Below, one piece after another: positions 1 through 15,300 of a DNA stretch of 64,000 bases. The DNA is from Azolla caroliniana (Eukaryota; Plantae; Polypodiophyta). The notes below the pieces were generated by a model. That model was not told the DNA's origin, searched no databases, and worked only from the letters and a program-made list of their open reading frames with translations. The translations under genes and the position numbers were made by a program. How positions within the stretch are numbered: the stretch's first letter is position 1; each line of letters opens with the position of its first letter. Where the stretch lies: assembly GCA_043228905.1 (NCBI GenBank), contig JBHGNT010000003.1:16182001-16246000 (forward strand), given 5' to 3'.

Positions 1-330
1 AATCAATCCATGCAAGCATTTGACCCATGTATATATGTTTTATATACTCATGCTGAATAAGAGTGGTGAGGATAGTTTACCGTAATAATTGCTTAGCATT
101 GAGACAGACAAATGCTTGGGATGCTCGGGTATTACACGTGAAGGGTCACCATCCCTTCACACAACTCTACACTTCTTACCCAACATGGGCATAAATTAAA
201 AATCCTCCGAATAGAAAGTTACCAAACAATATTATATGTTTTTGTGTGTTGTCAAATTTGGAGGGAAAAAGACACGCACAAAGCATGTATTGATGATACA
301 ATTATTGCACAGAATATGTAGATCATATCT

Positions 331-399
331 TTAGTTGCTCTCGATAAAAGAGAGGACAGCATCGGTATGCATAGAGAAGAGTTGTGTATCCACAAAAAG
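331..399 (-). CDS. DENN gene exon 18 (stop)
   Basis: LFVDTQLFSMHTDAVLSFIESN*. Confidence 0.9.
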   Translation of the reverse strand, partial: LFVDTQLFSMHTDAVLSFIESN

Positions 400-3300
400 C
401 TGTGTTTGTATTTACATATGATTTGTTAGAAGATGAAGTCATAAAAACACTGATGGAAGAAGCGTTAAACCAAATGAAGCATAAAAATCATTACAAATGT
501 GTATCTATAGACATATATTACTTATACATGTATATATACATACATATATACATATACATTTAATATGTCTTTTTATTCATACATATAATTATGCATACAT
601 GTATGCATATGCAATAAGGACATGGACAGACGGACACATGGACAGGGACACACAAACATGGCCACATGGCCACATTGACATGGACACGGGCACGCGGGCA
701 TGCGGATATGAACACACGGATAATGGTCATGGACATATGGACATACAGACATGGACATATGCTGGACATACGGACATACGGACAAATGGACAGGGACATG
801 GACGTGGACGTGGACACACAGAAATGGCCACATGGCCACACCGAATGACACAGGCATGCAGACACATGGACATGGACACACATGGATAATGGTCATGGAC
901 ATATGGACATACAGACATGGACATATGATGGACATACAGACGGACGTGGACATGGACACGGACATGGACATGGACACGGACATGGACATGGACACGGACA
1001 TGGACACGGACATGGACACGGACATGGACATGTACATCTGTATCCGTGTATGTAGCATATATAAGTACATACATGAAAATTATGCATCATATTCTAATCG
1101 ATTAAGTTCATAACCAGGAAAACAAGCCTAAAACTAACTCACCTTCATAAAAGAGTGATCTTTTCTTTCAAAGTCCTCCACAAAGCTATCCTTCAAAAGC
1201 AATGAAACCTGAAGAAAGAAAAGGATAAATCACATCAAAATTAGAAGATCAGAGAAATGGCATCAATTGGTTTTAGCTTGAAACTTACAAGGACAACATA
1301 AATAGATTAGCAACATAAATGTTTCCCTACACAACATTCACATATACATTTTGAGGTCTATTAGACAAGCGAAGTGCAAAACTTGTGATGTTGGCAATGC
1401 TCTCATCCTCATTAGTTCTTGAAAGCTACTACAACCTTGTAGGAATTCCTGAAAATCATTCCTAATTGCTCCAAATGTGATATATCCTGACATGTTCTTC
1501 TATTTCTGACACAAGGAGGCAGCAGATATGGGTCACATTCTCTTTTTCTGCTTGGCGTGCAGCCAACTCCCAGTTTCTATTTTCAATGTGTATGAAGATC
1601 TGCACATCAACGTGATAGCATATCTCTATATTATTTAATATTTTCTGATTTATGTTGAAGTTTTGCAATCTCGTTTTCGGAACTGTACTACAACTAATAG
1701 AATATTTTGTACTTTGAATGGGATCCTTGGCCAAGATTCCAGAAGCATTGGAGGAAGACAAAGGGGCTGAGTAGTGGTCATGACGTATGGGGCAAAATGA
1801 AGTCTATGTATGAGTCAAACACTGCAGTGAATCAAGTTTACTTGATGAGAAGCCTCATCACTGCATGACTTGGAGATGCCAAGTCTGCATTTTAACACAT
1901 TTCCACATTCAATAGTCTACTCAATCAACTTCAAGATGTAGAATTGCAAATTCTCGACGACAAAATGAAGGCAATCTTCTTACTCATGGCGTTCCTTGAA
2001 AGATGGGAGGCGGTTGTAGTCTCACTCTCAAATAGTACAAGCCTAACATTTGATGGAGTTAAGAGGAGCAACCCTTAATGAAGAGATTCGTTGAAAAGCA
2101 AGTGTGACGTCTTCTAGTTCTACCAACATAACGAGAGGGAGAGCTGCAAAAAAGAATGTCTTGATGCAAAGGTCCAAAAGCAAATGCAAAGGGAAAGAAA
2201 GAAGAAAGAAAGAAAGATATATTAACGTCTTTTAAGAGGCCATTTTGGCCTATAAGACCAAATAAGAGATTACATCTTAAGTGTTTTCTCATCTTTGAGA
2301 ACAAATCAAAATAAAGTAAATATTACACAGTAAATATAAAAGTAAATAAGATGAAAAGAAAAGAAACCAGAGAATCTGGTTTTTGGCACATGTGAGATTC
2401 TCAAGTTAGGTATATTGTAGCTTTTGTCTTCGAAAGATCTCTATCATAGGTCGATCCAGAATGGAAATGTCTCCGAAGCGAGGGAAGCACCTACGATGGT
2501 GGGAGATAATGGCTTTTATCTGTCGATGACAAGGGTGTCGAGGTCGTGCTCCATGGGGCCGGGGCCTACGTGCCGGCAAATTGCCATTGCCCGATCAATT
2601 GTAACCCCTTTGTTATATCCAGGTTTGGATCCCATTTCTTTATCCGGGGGTTGACTTCTAGCATTAGGAGTGATGGAGCTAAAGAAAGTTGTGATTGTTC
2701 TTTGTGGATGAGCTTGTGTGGCTGTATTCTTCAACAACTTTTCCCGATGTCTATTGAGCTCGAGCAAGAAAAGTCCTAGGCATCATTGGTCCTCATATTC
2801 CATTACCTTGCGTAGTGGGCCAAAGCCTTGTTTAAACAGGCAATGGTATCTCCCTCTTATTTCATAAAAGACACTACAATGACAAACATAGTGTTCTTCA
2901 GATTCCACTCCTTGATGACACAATTGGCAAATTCTCTCTTCTAGAGGTAGTCATGTATATCTGCCTACCTCAATCTGTAGCTGATGTGATGAAGTTCGCA
3001 GCTGCCCTATTACACTACGCAACACATAGGATAGATGTATGTCCATATAAGGTGGCCTGATGACAAATCCATCCTCCGATGTATGTAAGAAGTGTGTCTT
3101 ATAGTGGGCCATCTTTGTACCAAGTGGTATTTTGGGGCTGATCCATGTTATCTTGTTTTCTAAGTAAATAATATCCGTTCGGATCACTCTATTCTTTTCC
3201 ACTTTGGTCATATTGAGATGGGGACAGTCCAAGCTATATTGGAACGGGGGTAGTGCATTTATACTCATGCCATGTGACTCGAACCATTGCTGCATTTCAG

Positions 3301-6300
3301 CATACCAACAATGAGTGTCTCCATTTTCAGCCAGTTGTCTTGATGACATAAGTGCCAACCTTGGGTACCTTCGTTTAGGGAGCTCCCAAAGACGTTGGAT
3401 AAATGTCACTGATCGGAACAACGCCTCGGTTATTATAGGTGCTGCTCCCATCTCTGCCCGGATTATATCGTGGGGCACCGATGCTTTGCTCCTTATCATG
3501 TGAGCAATCATTGACACTAAAGGTCTCTCTAAATCTTTCCAATGATTTGCCTTGTTAAGACTCGGTCCCCATGTCTCTACTCCATAGAGAAGAGTTGGTG
3601 TGACAAGTGTATCAAATAACCATAGCTTAGTCCGTGGCTCTTGGAACTGCAAATGTGCACATTGTCTCTCGACAGCACCAAGGGCTGCATATGCACGAGA
3701 AAGTCGGCCACAAGCGGCCTCCTGTAAGGAGAACCTAGGTCCTGTAAAGGTTACTCCTAGGTATGTGTAGGAGCGTTTGAATTCCACCTTTTCATCTCCC
3801 ATGAAGAATTCTGGTTCTGATCTTGTTACCCATGTTTGAGTGGTGTTAAACACCATCACTTTAGTTTTATTCATGTTGATTGACAAACCTTTGTCCGTAC
3901 AAAATAGTTTTAAGGCATTTAGATGTCTTTGTAGTCCCTCCAGAGAGTCAGAAATCAGCACAATATCATCAGCATATAGTAATATTTGTATAGCTATACC
4001 TACTAGGTGTGCTCCGGAACCCCCAAATCTCTCTATGCATTGTGATACCTCATCTATATAGAGACCGAACAGTGTGGGGGATAGTGGGCATCCTTGCTTC
4101 ACGCCAATTGTGCTAGCCACCGCCTCTGACAAGCCCTTAGAAGACCGCACTTTTCCTGACACAAATTCATAGAGTGCATAGATTCCCCATTGCATATCTA
4201 TTGGAACACCAAGGCCTTCTAGCAGCTGCATAAGCTGAGCACATGGCACAGTGTTAAAGGCTTTTCGGAAATCCACAAAGCAACAATAAATCCTCTTATT
4301 GTGGACTCTGCCCTCCTCAATAAGGGCCCAGAGGGTAATAGCATCGCATATGGAAAACCGAGGCCCTATGAACAGTACTCCTAAGTATATGTAGGATCAT
4401 GTATATGCCAAATTTTCCTCTCTCAAGAAGAATTCTAGTTCTGATCTTGCTACCCATGCTTGAGTGGTGTTGAACAGCACCATTTTAGTTTTATCTATGT
4501 ATACCAACAAACCTTTGCTCGATTAAAATACTTTTAAGGCATTTCGATGTCTTTGTAGACCTCCGGAGAGACCGAGATCAGCTGAAATATCGTCAGCATA
4601 TAGTAATATTTGTATAGCTATACCTGCTGGGCATGCTCCCGAACTACCAAATTTCTCTATGTAATGTGATACCTCATNNNNNNNNNNNNNNNNNNNNNNN
4701 NNNNNNNNNNNNNNNNNNNNNNNNNNNNNNNNNNNNNNNNNNNNNNNNNNNNNNNNNNNNNNNNNNNNNNNNNNNNNATGTGGGTGGGGGTGTGGTGGCT
4801 GCCTAGGGATATCATATAGTAGCTTTGCATATTCAAGCCACACCTGAGATGAGGTCAGTTGTGTAGTAGGTTGTATCTCATTAAACATTTTCCATGCTCA
4901 GTGATACACATGTGCTTCAAATTTAGCTAGATATGATCTCTTCTTCTTCCTCACGAGAAGTTAGAAGGTTGCTCTTGCTTGTTTGTGTAGAAATCCTGAG
5001 TTACTTCGTGTTGCAAGCATCTAATTGTATCATGAGATTCCTCATCATACTAACTATTTTGTATGGCTCTACCAGGTTTGGGTGCACAGTCTGTTGTGTC
5101 AGGAAAGGAAAATATGGTTACGTCAACAAAACATGTGTAACTTCCTTCTACAAAGAAATGAAAGGAAAATGCTATATTAGCATCTTCAAAAAACAAAAGT
5201 GAAATATAAGACCAAACTTACATCTATATGCAACTTAGAAAAATTATGAAATAAAGCACATTTAAAGTGCATCTAAACTCGGCAACCTTATCCCTACGTA
5301 GGTCAACTGTGATAAAAGTACAATGATACAGGAACATGGATACAACAAACAAGATGCAAACTATATATATACCTGGGAGAGGTACAATGTGAGTGAATCA
5401 GCCCATGAACACTCTTATAGAATGACATGAAACTAATGTTCTGTGTAGTGAACATCCTGAGAGTTGTCTCAAAAATGAAATGGAATCTCACATTAAAATC
5501 GCTAAAAGGCCACAGTGACTAATGAGTTCAATAGTTACATTCATATGGGTCTTATTGAAATCTGGTCAAATCAAGAAAAACTAAATTGTACCTAAACTAT
5601 GTAAGTAGCTGTGAGCAGAGTACAATGATTAGGAGCCAAGTGTACACACTAATGCAGAGGATACAATGTACAATATAAATAAAAACATTTTTAGGGAAGG
5701 TGGATATGAATGAATCAGCAAATGAATGTTCTCATAGGGTGATCCGGTATCACATCAATGTTCTTCGTAGTGAACCACTTGTAAGATTAGCCTTGATCTC
5801 GGACAATGTTATTATACATATTCGAATGTAGACTACATCTATGTGGTAATCCCAAGCCTTACTGGCTGACTACTCTGCAGAAGAGAATCTAATCTACAGA
5901 TTTCTAATAGAAATAGGCCCAAATATCTCTGATCATAGAAGTCCATAATTTGGGAGAATGGTTCAAATCTCTCCCTAAAGAGGCAAGCAAAGCATCATCA
6001 GATCTCTCAGTAAATTTTGCAGTGGCAACATCCATGCAGGACAATGAATACGGAAATGAAATGAAATGTGATATTAACATCCTCCAGGAAAAAGTGGCTA
6101 ATGAGACCAAACGCTACACCCATGTGAATATATTGTACTTAAACTATTTAGCTAACTAGATTGTGATCAAAGTACAACAATATGGGACCCAATGGTAAAA
6201 GCAACAGGGAGGATACAATGTACAAAATAAATAAATATCTAGTAGAGTTAGGATGTGTGGTTCCACACATGAAAGCACTCATAGGATGATGCCATATGAC

Positions 6301-9300
6301 TTGCTTTCCTACCTCTTCATCACGACCATTATTTCTTACTCTTCTTCTTATACAATATTAACTTCAGTTTGTCCTTCCGCATCATAAACAATGTTGTCCT
6401 GATCATACTCATCATAAATCCCCTTTTACATCACCAATCACACTGTCATCATTCATATATAAATATATGCATCATCAGAATCCTCTCTGGTAAGACTCAT
6501 GGATTATTTTAGTACGAATTTTGCTTTGCAAATTTGGGATGAAGGGATCAAATCTTGGCAGGTGTATTATTATAATTTGAACCTGAATATAATATAAGTT
6601 GCATATTAACCTACTGAAGCGTGATAGTGTTCTTAGGACCTTGTGGGTTACGTGAGATTTGGAAAAAAAAATCCTCTCATTTTTCGTGACCCCACTGAGG
6701 ACCAACAATTGTCCCTTCCACAATTTACAAGATTAATCACAAACTATATCTAAAGATGGGTTGAGTATAAAGAAGTTGAGTTTAAATTGAAACTACGGTC
6801 TAGCCAGGTTAAGATTCAAGGACATCGAGTAGACAATAACAAATCTTGGTAGCATCCTAAGTATGCATGGAATTGCCATGGTATGTTTTCTAACACCTTA
6901 TCTTCTTTCCTCTGGTAATGAATTTGCAGGGATTAAAGTATTCAAGTTATATATTCCATCCTTGAAAAGACTATTAAGTACACACCTTATCATTATTTGA
7001 CTGAACATTAGTAATAGTATGAGACCGCAGGTTTTTGCAGAGACTCTCCAAGTAGCTCCTTATGACAGTCAAGAAACTTTCTGCAGCACATGACTGTCAA
7101 ATACACATCCCCATAAGAAAATGGGAGATACTGAATAAGAATCAATTTGAATTGTTTACAGGTATAAGTAGGGAACATTAGGGGTTATAATTGCTAAATC
7201 ACTATTTTCAAGGATTCTGGAAACTTTCGGCTATATTTATGATAAGCATATTTGAAGATTTGGTAAATATTACAATGAAATTAGGAATATTCGCCAATAT
7301 AGGCTGGGTTTTGTGAAGTTTTGAAATATTAGCCTAGTTTTTTTTACAGTGAGTTTTATAAACTAGTTTATTCATCCAACAATTCACTTCAAAAATACAT
7401 GAAGTTCCTTATTTTTTACCCGCTTAAAGAGTTACTATACTCGACAATGCATACTATCACATACCTGGTCTTCATTACACACATATACAGGATGCTTTTT
7501 AGAATAGTCTGCGTTTGCCGCAAGTTCTGCGTGATATGGCTCTAAAGCTGAACTAAGCTCTCTCTGATGTGGAAGAGGAGGAGTATAAGGCATTGAAACC
7601 TGCACATTTTTAACTTTCGTAAGATAAAATCCAAGAAAATAGTAGAATGCAGGATTGTAAAGATGTAGATGATTTTTATTTTTTGAAAATGAGAGTTTCT
7701 AAGCAACTAAAATTTCTACACCATCAGCCTCAGGTGTCTACAATAACAACGCATTGTCTAAAAACTATTTGTGATATATAAAACCATGCCAACTTGTACC
7801 TTGTCTCTCTGCACATTCACTACCACAACACTAGATGACTTGGCACGTAATGCAGGAGACTTCTGTAGCATACCTACCTGCAAAATGAAGAATTGGAAAT
7901 CCACTAAAAACAATATATATAAGTATGTATGTATTGCATAGATAGATAGATAGATAGATATAGACCTCAGTATATATGTATGTATACATTATCTATATAT
8001 ATGTATATACATGTGTGTATGCATACATTGATATATATGTGTGTGTATATATAGACAATCTGTTATTCGATCTTTCCGGAGGTCCAAGAAGCATTACATT
8101 ATTTCAAGATCACATCAAGACTGTAATATATAGATAACAATTCAACTGATTCAATAAGGAATTATGATACTTTCAGGATTTATTGATATATGCCAATGGT
8201 AATTAGCTTCCTTCATGTTATATAATCAAATCAATAAAAAAGAGCATTTCGGATTTTGGAATACTTACAATAAATGGAACCGGTGCATCCAAGAAGTCAA
8301 GCATTTGGTTGGGAAGTATCTGAATTTAAGTATAGGTTATATTAGCTACCAATAGCTCTTGCTTCAGCACATACAAGCCTAATCTTGGATAAAGTACTTA
8401 CTTACCGGCAGCATAAGACTTTGCCATTGGAAAGGTCGGATCAATGGAATTACAGATAAAACCACTGCTGAAAGCACACCCTGCAATCACACATTCCCTC
8501 TCAATCTCTCTCCATTGTAATCTCTTAAGATGTGATCTCTTGTTTGGTCTTATAGAGGGATAAGCTCGACTGAGCGGTTACACTTGGCTCTCTCCAGACT
8601 TCTGAGGATATGCCAATTATGACATAGATGTATACCGCATTGGAGGATATGTAGTATAATTGCCCGAGATTGAGCATGCGCGCCCACGCAGTTTGCTGTT
8701 CAGGACACGGGTGCCATGGGCTGATCTACTCAAGTTCTACTCCCAGATATATATATTGATTGTGTACATTCGTATCCTTCCTATTACCTGTACCCATGGT
8801 CCTTGTATCATTACTTTCATCACTTGGCTCTCTCCAGACATCTGAGGACATGCAGATTATGACATAGATGTATCATGCATTGGAGGATGCATAGTTTCAT
8901 TGTTCGAGATTGAGCATGAGCCCCCATGCAGTTTGCCAAGATCTAGCATGAGCCACAACGCAGTTTGCAGTTCAGGACACAGGTGCCATGGGCTGATTCA
9001 CTCAACTTCTACTCCCAGATATATATTTATTGTGTACATTGTATCCTTCCTATTACTTGTACCCGTGGTTCTTGTATCATTACTTTCATCACAGCTTAGT
9101 TACATAGGAGCTACCTTGTTTACCTACAATTTATTTTGCTTTATTTAAAGCATATTGTACTACAGATGTAACTTTCTGTCTGCTCGGTTACTTTGCCTTT
9201 TTCAAGACATTAATATAATTTGGTCTCTTTTCTTCATAAATATAACCATGTGATATTCAAGTTTGTTAAATTTAACAATGCTGTATTCAAGTTTGATTAT

Positions 9301-12300
9301 CCATTTCCTAGAATTGCAACTTTCTAAGCAACATACACTAAAATTAACCTTGAACCAAAGACATCTACAAGTAACAATAGGGATGTGATAGCTAGACACA
9401 TTTAGCAAGCATGCTCAAGAATCAGAAACAAACATTGCAGATGCCTAACCTACTAGGCCATCAGAGATCGAGATAGTCACCTCTGCACATGCTAGCCCAT
9501 GTTTAGCAAAGATGTAAGAGTTCTTAATCAGAGATAATTACAGATTATCCTACTAAATCCCAATAGAATAATGATACCCTGCTGCAACAATAAGAGCAAA
9601 CACAAGCCACACAGGTTAGTCACCATAAGCAACCCCAAATCCATCATGCCATATACAGAGGATGAAGAGGATATGACTTGACGTTGCGGGATTGAAGATC
9701 CATTAGAGAAGATGACTTGACCTTCACTAAGATCCATCTAGATTCTGAGGCACATCATGTATGTCTGAGCAGGAGATTCATATGTAAATACAAGGAGAAC
9801 GTCATCACTTGTTTCTGAGATCGCTTACATGGACCCTAGATGAAAATGGCTGATGTACTCAAGTCTATATAAAGATAGTAACAAAGGATATAACTTGGCC
9901 TTGAATGAAATTCCTCAAGATTCTCAATCATACATGTATGTCTCAAAAGGAGATTTACATGTGAATAAAAGGAGAACCAACACATCATCACTGGTTCCTG
10001 AGATTGCTTACAGGAACCCTACATGAAAACGGACTGTATGTACTCAAGTCTATATAGACATAGTAACAAAGACATTACACTATCATTATGCATTATTAGA
10101 TTAATTGAAATGATTCTAAAAGAATGTAAACGTCTTACCACATTGGGGCAAACTACAACGATCTGTTTCTCCAAGAGCACACAAGCAAACAAAGAAAGCA
10201 CCTGAAAATGGAACATTGGCTTCAATACCAGATAAGCATGAATAGGCCTAGGTACCAGAACTAATACAATGTGGCATGCAACATTCAAAAGCGAATTTCA
10301 TTTAGCATCACTAATCACTGCCATAACTACATAAAATTTCATTACATCCAGAAATCCAGGATGTCAAAATGCACATAATTTTCAAGCTGTCAAAGGATTT
10401 GGATGCATGGGGAAACTTGAACATGACATGCAACCATGTAACATGTCACCTTAGTGCCTTACTATTAAATTTCCAATCTTCAAAGAGTCACTCACATTCT
10501 CAAGAGATAAAACTCGGCATATAGTTGCAACAGTCCAAATTGAGATGGCTGCAGCCTCCTCGGCAGTTGCCAAGGTATGTTGCACCTGTCCATTACATGA
10601 ATTATGAGCAAACACGGATACTTAAACAACAAAATGAATGTGCAAACATGAGAGAAGAAAAACAATGAAGAAATATATGGAGATAAGGAACAAACATCTA
10701 AGAACTTTTTAACAAATAGCTCTGCTCAATTTTCAGAATCACAAACATGGTCAACAAGCATATATCTGAAATCCTCTTTCATCAAACATGCATTTTTAAA
10801 TTCATAATGAACCACTTCTATAATGTACCAAATCAATTCCAAACGGAAGTAAAGACAATCAAGCATGAGGACATACTAGGAACAAAAATAACTATTAGCT
10901 TACTTCAGCCATCTCTAATACTGATCGGCATTGTTTTAAGTGGACCGTTCTCCCTCCAAGCAATGTTGATGATTCATCTACAGATCTTATGAATTTCAAT
11001 GGAGGCAAGTGCTCTAAAGGTTGGAATGACAGCGAAGAGCCCCTTGCAGGAACAGGAAGCTTGTAGTATTCATATAAAATTTGTAACAGACAATTACCAA
11101 CCTAAAAGAATGCAGAATTAGCTCAGCAATGTCCTTTCAATAATTCACACCCACATGGTATGCATAGTAGTTAGCATATACCTCTGCTGATGAGCTGATA
11201 TTATATTCCTGGCCAGAAGTTGATACCTCTCCATCATCATCTTCAGAGTTGACACTTTGTCTATAGCTATGAGACCGAGACAGAATTAATGAGTGTGAGA
11301 ATTCTTTAAAGTTTCTTTAATCACGTGTATAAGTATCAAGGACATAGAACAATCAAGTACCTACTGATGGATTCTAGGCTTTCGACACGTTGGAGTCTAC
11401 CCTCCATGATTGAGGATGACTCTGAATCTTCTGCACTTTCATAACAAGATAATGCTGCTTGTTTATTCTGCAATGAATCCAAGAAAACTTCGACTTCACC
11501 ATTACTATTTTCCTGCATTTTTTCACAATTTAATCCCTTGACTTCAGAAAGGTCAGAAATGACTCCTGAAACAGATTCTAAACTATTTTCTTGCAGCAGA
11601 TCACTTCCACTAGAACTTAAGCCATTTTGAAGCAAGAAATTTCTCTTCTCTTCCTCTACAGAAAGCGAGGCTTTTTCTTGATATACATCAGTATTTGAAG
11701 TTTCTTCCAATGAAGACAAATCCATGCTCTGCTCAATTTTATCTGAACTCTTCTGCAGATTCAATGATAATGTGTCATTCATGTCCAAAATACCTCTCTC
11801 CCCCTCCTCAAGTTCACCTACTGTCATCTCATTTACATGCTCAGTTATTCTATCCAGACGCTCCTGCGTGATTATACTGCAAGTCATATTTCAAAAAGAA
11901 TGGATGGCATGTTCAATAATTTAAAACAAATGGAATGCTGATGTGAATAAAAACAGAAACACAATCTATACAAATAATAGACCTGTTCAGGACTTCAAAA
12001 TGTAAATCAAAGAAAGGAAGCTTTGTGAGAAAGCAGTAACATCGATAAGTGGTCAACGAAAACCGACCAAGCGATTTTCTCACATGTATATCTTCTGTAC
12101 TAGCATTCCGTCTCATGATGCCAGGTGGTTTCTTAACTAATTCTGGAACATAAATACAAACTCCATACAATGTTGCATTATCTGCAACCTGAAATAATAC
12201 TTTCATATATCAGTCAACATACTGGGGGAAGACAGATATTAAGAGTTACAGATAAGCTCACAAAATCAGCTTTGTGTCCTTGCAAACCTTTAAGAGGAAA

Positions 12301-15300
12301 ATATATGAAAGGTCATCCCGCATTACATGATCCTAAAACACAAACATGACCATCAAAAAACCATAAAGATCTAAACTTGATCTAAAAAACACACATCCTA
12401 TGTTCAAGCAATTGAAACCTGCATTTCTTTCTCAAAAAAATGGTACCTGCCCATAGATTATTTCATTCAACTCGCTTAGTGATGGTGTACGCTCCACCAA
12501 ATGAGCCTGCATCATATCATGAGTGAAACATCTCTATTTTAGGAAAGGAAACAATAATGATACAAGGTTCTTCTACCATTCCTATATTGAACAAAACGTT
12601 CCTTTAGATAATGTGTAAATCCGTTCTTATAAAAACATTGTACTTTGACATATGCAGTAGATCTGCATTAAGAGACACGAGGTCTTTAAGTGTGAGAAAA
12701 CTTGATCACATCATGGGCCTTGCCCAACATGTTATCAGACCAGAATCCTGATTTGAGCTCAGGCACTGGATATATTGCAATATACATAGAAGTATTACAC
12801 CAGGATAAAAATCAAACAAAACCAATGACACAGAACAGGAAAGGGAACAATCTACAGTTTCAGGAATGTGAATTTCAAATAGTGGCAGACTGAGTGTATG
12901 GGATTCGAAGCTTCTCCTATTTAGTGCAACAATAGAAGTTCATCATGTATAGCATAAACAAAAGGAGATATACCCTCCCCTATGCATGCTTCACTATTAA
13001 CAACAAGATTAACAGAACCTACTCTTTGCAATCCACAAGCTTCAAAGCTGTAATACTTCTCATAAAAACTTTTTATGCAATGTGACTAAGAATATAGCAT
13101 ACTAACCTCGACACCACCTGGAAAACAAAAAGCAAACAGATCCTTCTGTCTCATTGGCAACCTCTTTCCAGGTGGAAAAGAAAAAAGAATCTGCAACAAG
13201 TATCCGTTCACACCTTACAATCACAAAAGTGTTACCAGATTGTGAGTGAAAATAACTTAAATATGACTTTCAAAATTATAACCTCTGGATCTGGGAATGC
13301 AGGAGTGATTCCACGGAATTGTTGTCTCATAACATCCCTAAGACGCTCAGGAGCATCGAGTTCCCTTTCCCATGTCCTCCTCTTCAGGAGAGCTGTTTCT
13401 AATGCTTGCGTCTCTGCTTCTGGATGAATACCAACCACAACCATGTGTTCAAATAAGCAGCTTGGCTCGGTCCACTTTTTTCTCTCCTGCAATACAGGAA
13501 ATGATTTCTTTTAACAAAGTCAATCAACAAAGAACAATCACAGCTTTCTTTGGTCCCATCACTTGTCCTCATGCTACAAGTCAATCAAGGGCTACACAAA
13601 TGGGATCCCAACCAGGACATTGCAAAGGGGTTATGCTCGATCAGGCTATAGAAATTCATCATGCACATAGGCCCCAGCCTGTGGACCACAACCTCACCAT
13701 TATCTCTCACCATCACAGGTGCTTCCCTCGCTTCAGAGACCTCTCCATTCTGGATCGACCAATGCTAGATATCTTTCGAAGACAGAGAGAGAGTACAATA
13801 TATCTGACTTGAGAATTTTACATGTATGGATGACAAGATTCTTTCGTTATGTCTTAATCATATTTCTATTTACCTTTCTTTTAGTTACATTTAATTTGGT
13901 TTTCTGTTCTCAAAGATGAGACAACATTTTATGATGTAATCTGTTGTTTGGTCTTATAGGCCATCTTGGCCTCTTAAAAGACATTAATATATAGTTCTTT
14001 CTTTTTTCCTTTTAAGAGTGACTATACTCAGTAAGATGCCTATAAATTTATAATTCCTCAAAAGTACAACTCATTTATAAGCGTCTCTTGGATCAGCCCC
14101 AAAATATCACTTGGTACGAAGATGGCCCACTACAAGACACACTTCTTACACACATTGGAGGATGGATTCATCATCAAGCCACCTTATACGGACATACATT
14201 TATCCTATGTGCTGTGCAGTGTGATAGGGCAGTTGCAAACTTCATCACATCAGTTACAGATTGAGGTAGGCAGATATACACGAATACCTCTAGAAGAAAG
14301 AATTTGCCAATTGTGTCATCATGGAGTAGAATCCGAAGAACACTATGTTTGTCACTGTAGTGTCTTTTATGAAATAAGAGGGAGATACCATTGCCTTTTT
14401 AAACAAGGCTTTAGCCCACTACGCAAGGTAATGGAATATGAGGACCAATGGTGCCTAGGATTTTTCTTGCTAGAACTCAAGAGACATAGGGAAAAGTTGT
14501 TGAAGGAAAATAATACAGGCACAAAATCTCATCCACAAAGAACAATTACAACTTCCTTTAGCCCCATCACTCCAACTAATGCTACAAGTCAATCAAGGGA
14601 TACACAAACGGGTTCCCGACCAGGAGATAAGAAAGGGGTTACAATAGATCAGGCAATAACAATTTGTCGTGCACATAGGCCCTGGCGCCATGGACCACGA
14701 CTTCAGCACCCTTGTCATCGACAAACAAAGGCCATTATCTCTCGCCACCACATGTGCTTCCCTCGCTTCGGAGACATTTCCATTCTGGATCGACCTATGC
14801 TAGAGATCTTTCGAAGTCAAAAGTTACAAAGTATCTAACTTGAGAATCTCACATGTGCCAAAAACCAGATTCCCTCCTCTGTTTTTATCTTATTTACTTT
14901 TATATTTACTGATTAATATTTATTTTATTTTGATTTGTTGTTCTCAAAGATGAGACAACACTTAAAGATGTAATCTCTTGTTTGGTCTTATAAGCCATTT
15001 TGGCCTCTTAAAAGACGTTAATATATCTTTATTTCTTTCTTATTCTTCAACAAGTATCTCAGTATCATGCATTTCATATTTTCATTACTTGGTCCCAATC
15101 TTGTATGGATGGGTCCTGCTGCAATACATCATACTCAGCATATATCTACTATATGCTTTTGAAATTATTGTAATGTTAATTGACCAGATCATAAGATCAT
15201 AAAATCCTAACCTGTAAACCAAGAAAAATCATTTTTGGAACAGTTTGTACGTGAAGCTAGCTGTTTGATCACTATTAGTTACAAAATGCTTGGGATGCAA

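Larger units (their letters stand above)
2193..5100 (-). mobile_element. RTE-X-like LINE, 5'-truncated, in DENN intron 16
   Basis: ORF 2951-4276 has non-LTR RT motifs (VDFRKAF, GVKQGCPLSPTLFGLYI, LLYADD, YTYLGV) and C-terminal RTSSHQLQIEVGRY, followed by ERICQLC..EEHYVCHC; 3' end is a (TTTC)n tail at ~2193-2216. Clade assigned from motif style only. Confidence 0.85.

Noticed and set aside
497-1113. Many overlapping ORFs (MDTD, VHVR, CPCP repeats)
   Set aside because: By-products of a stop-free GGACAY microsatellite inside the last intron
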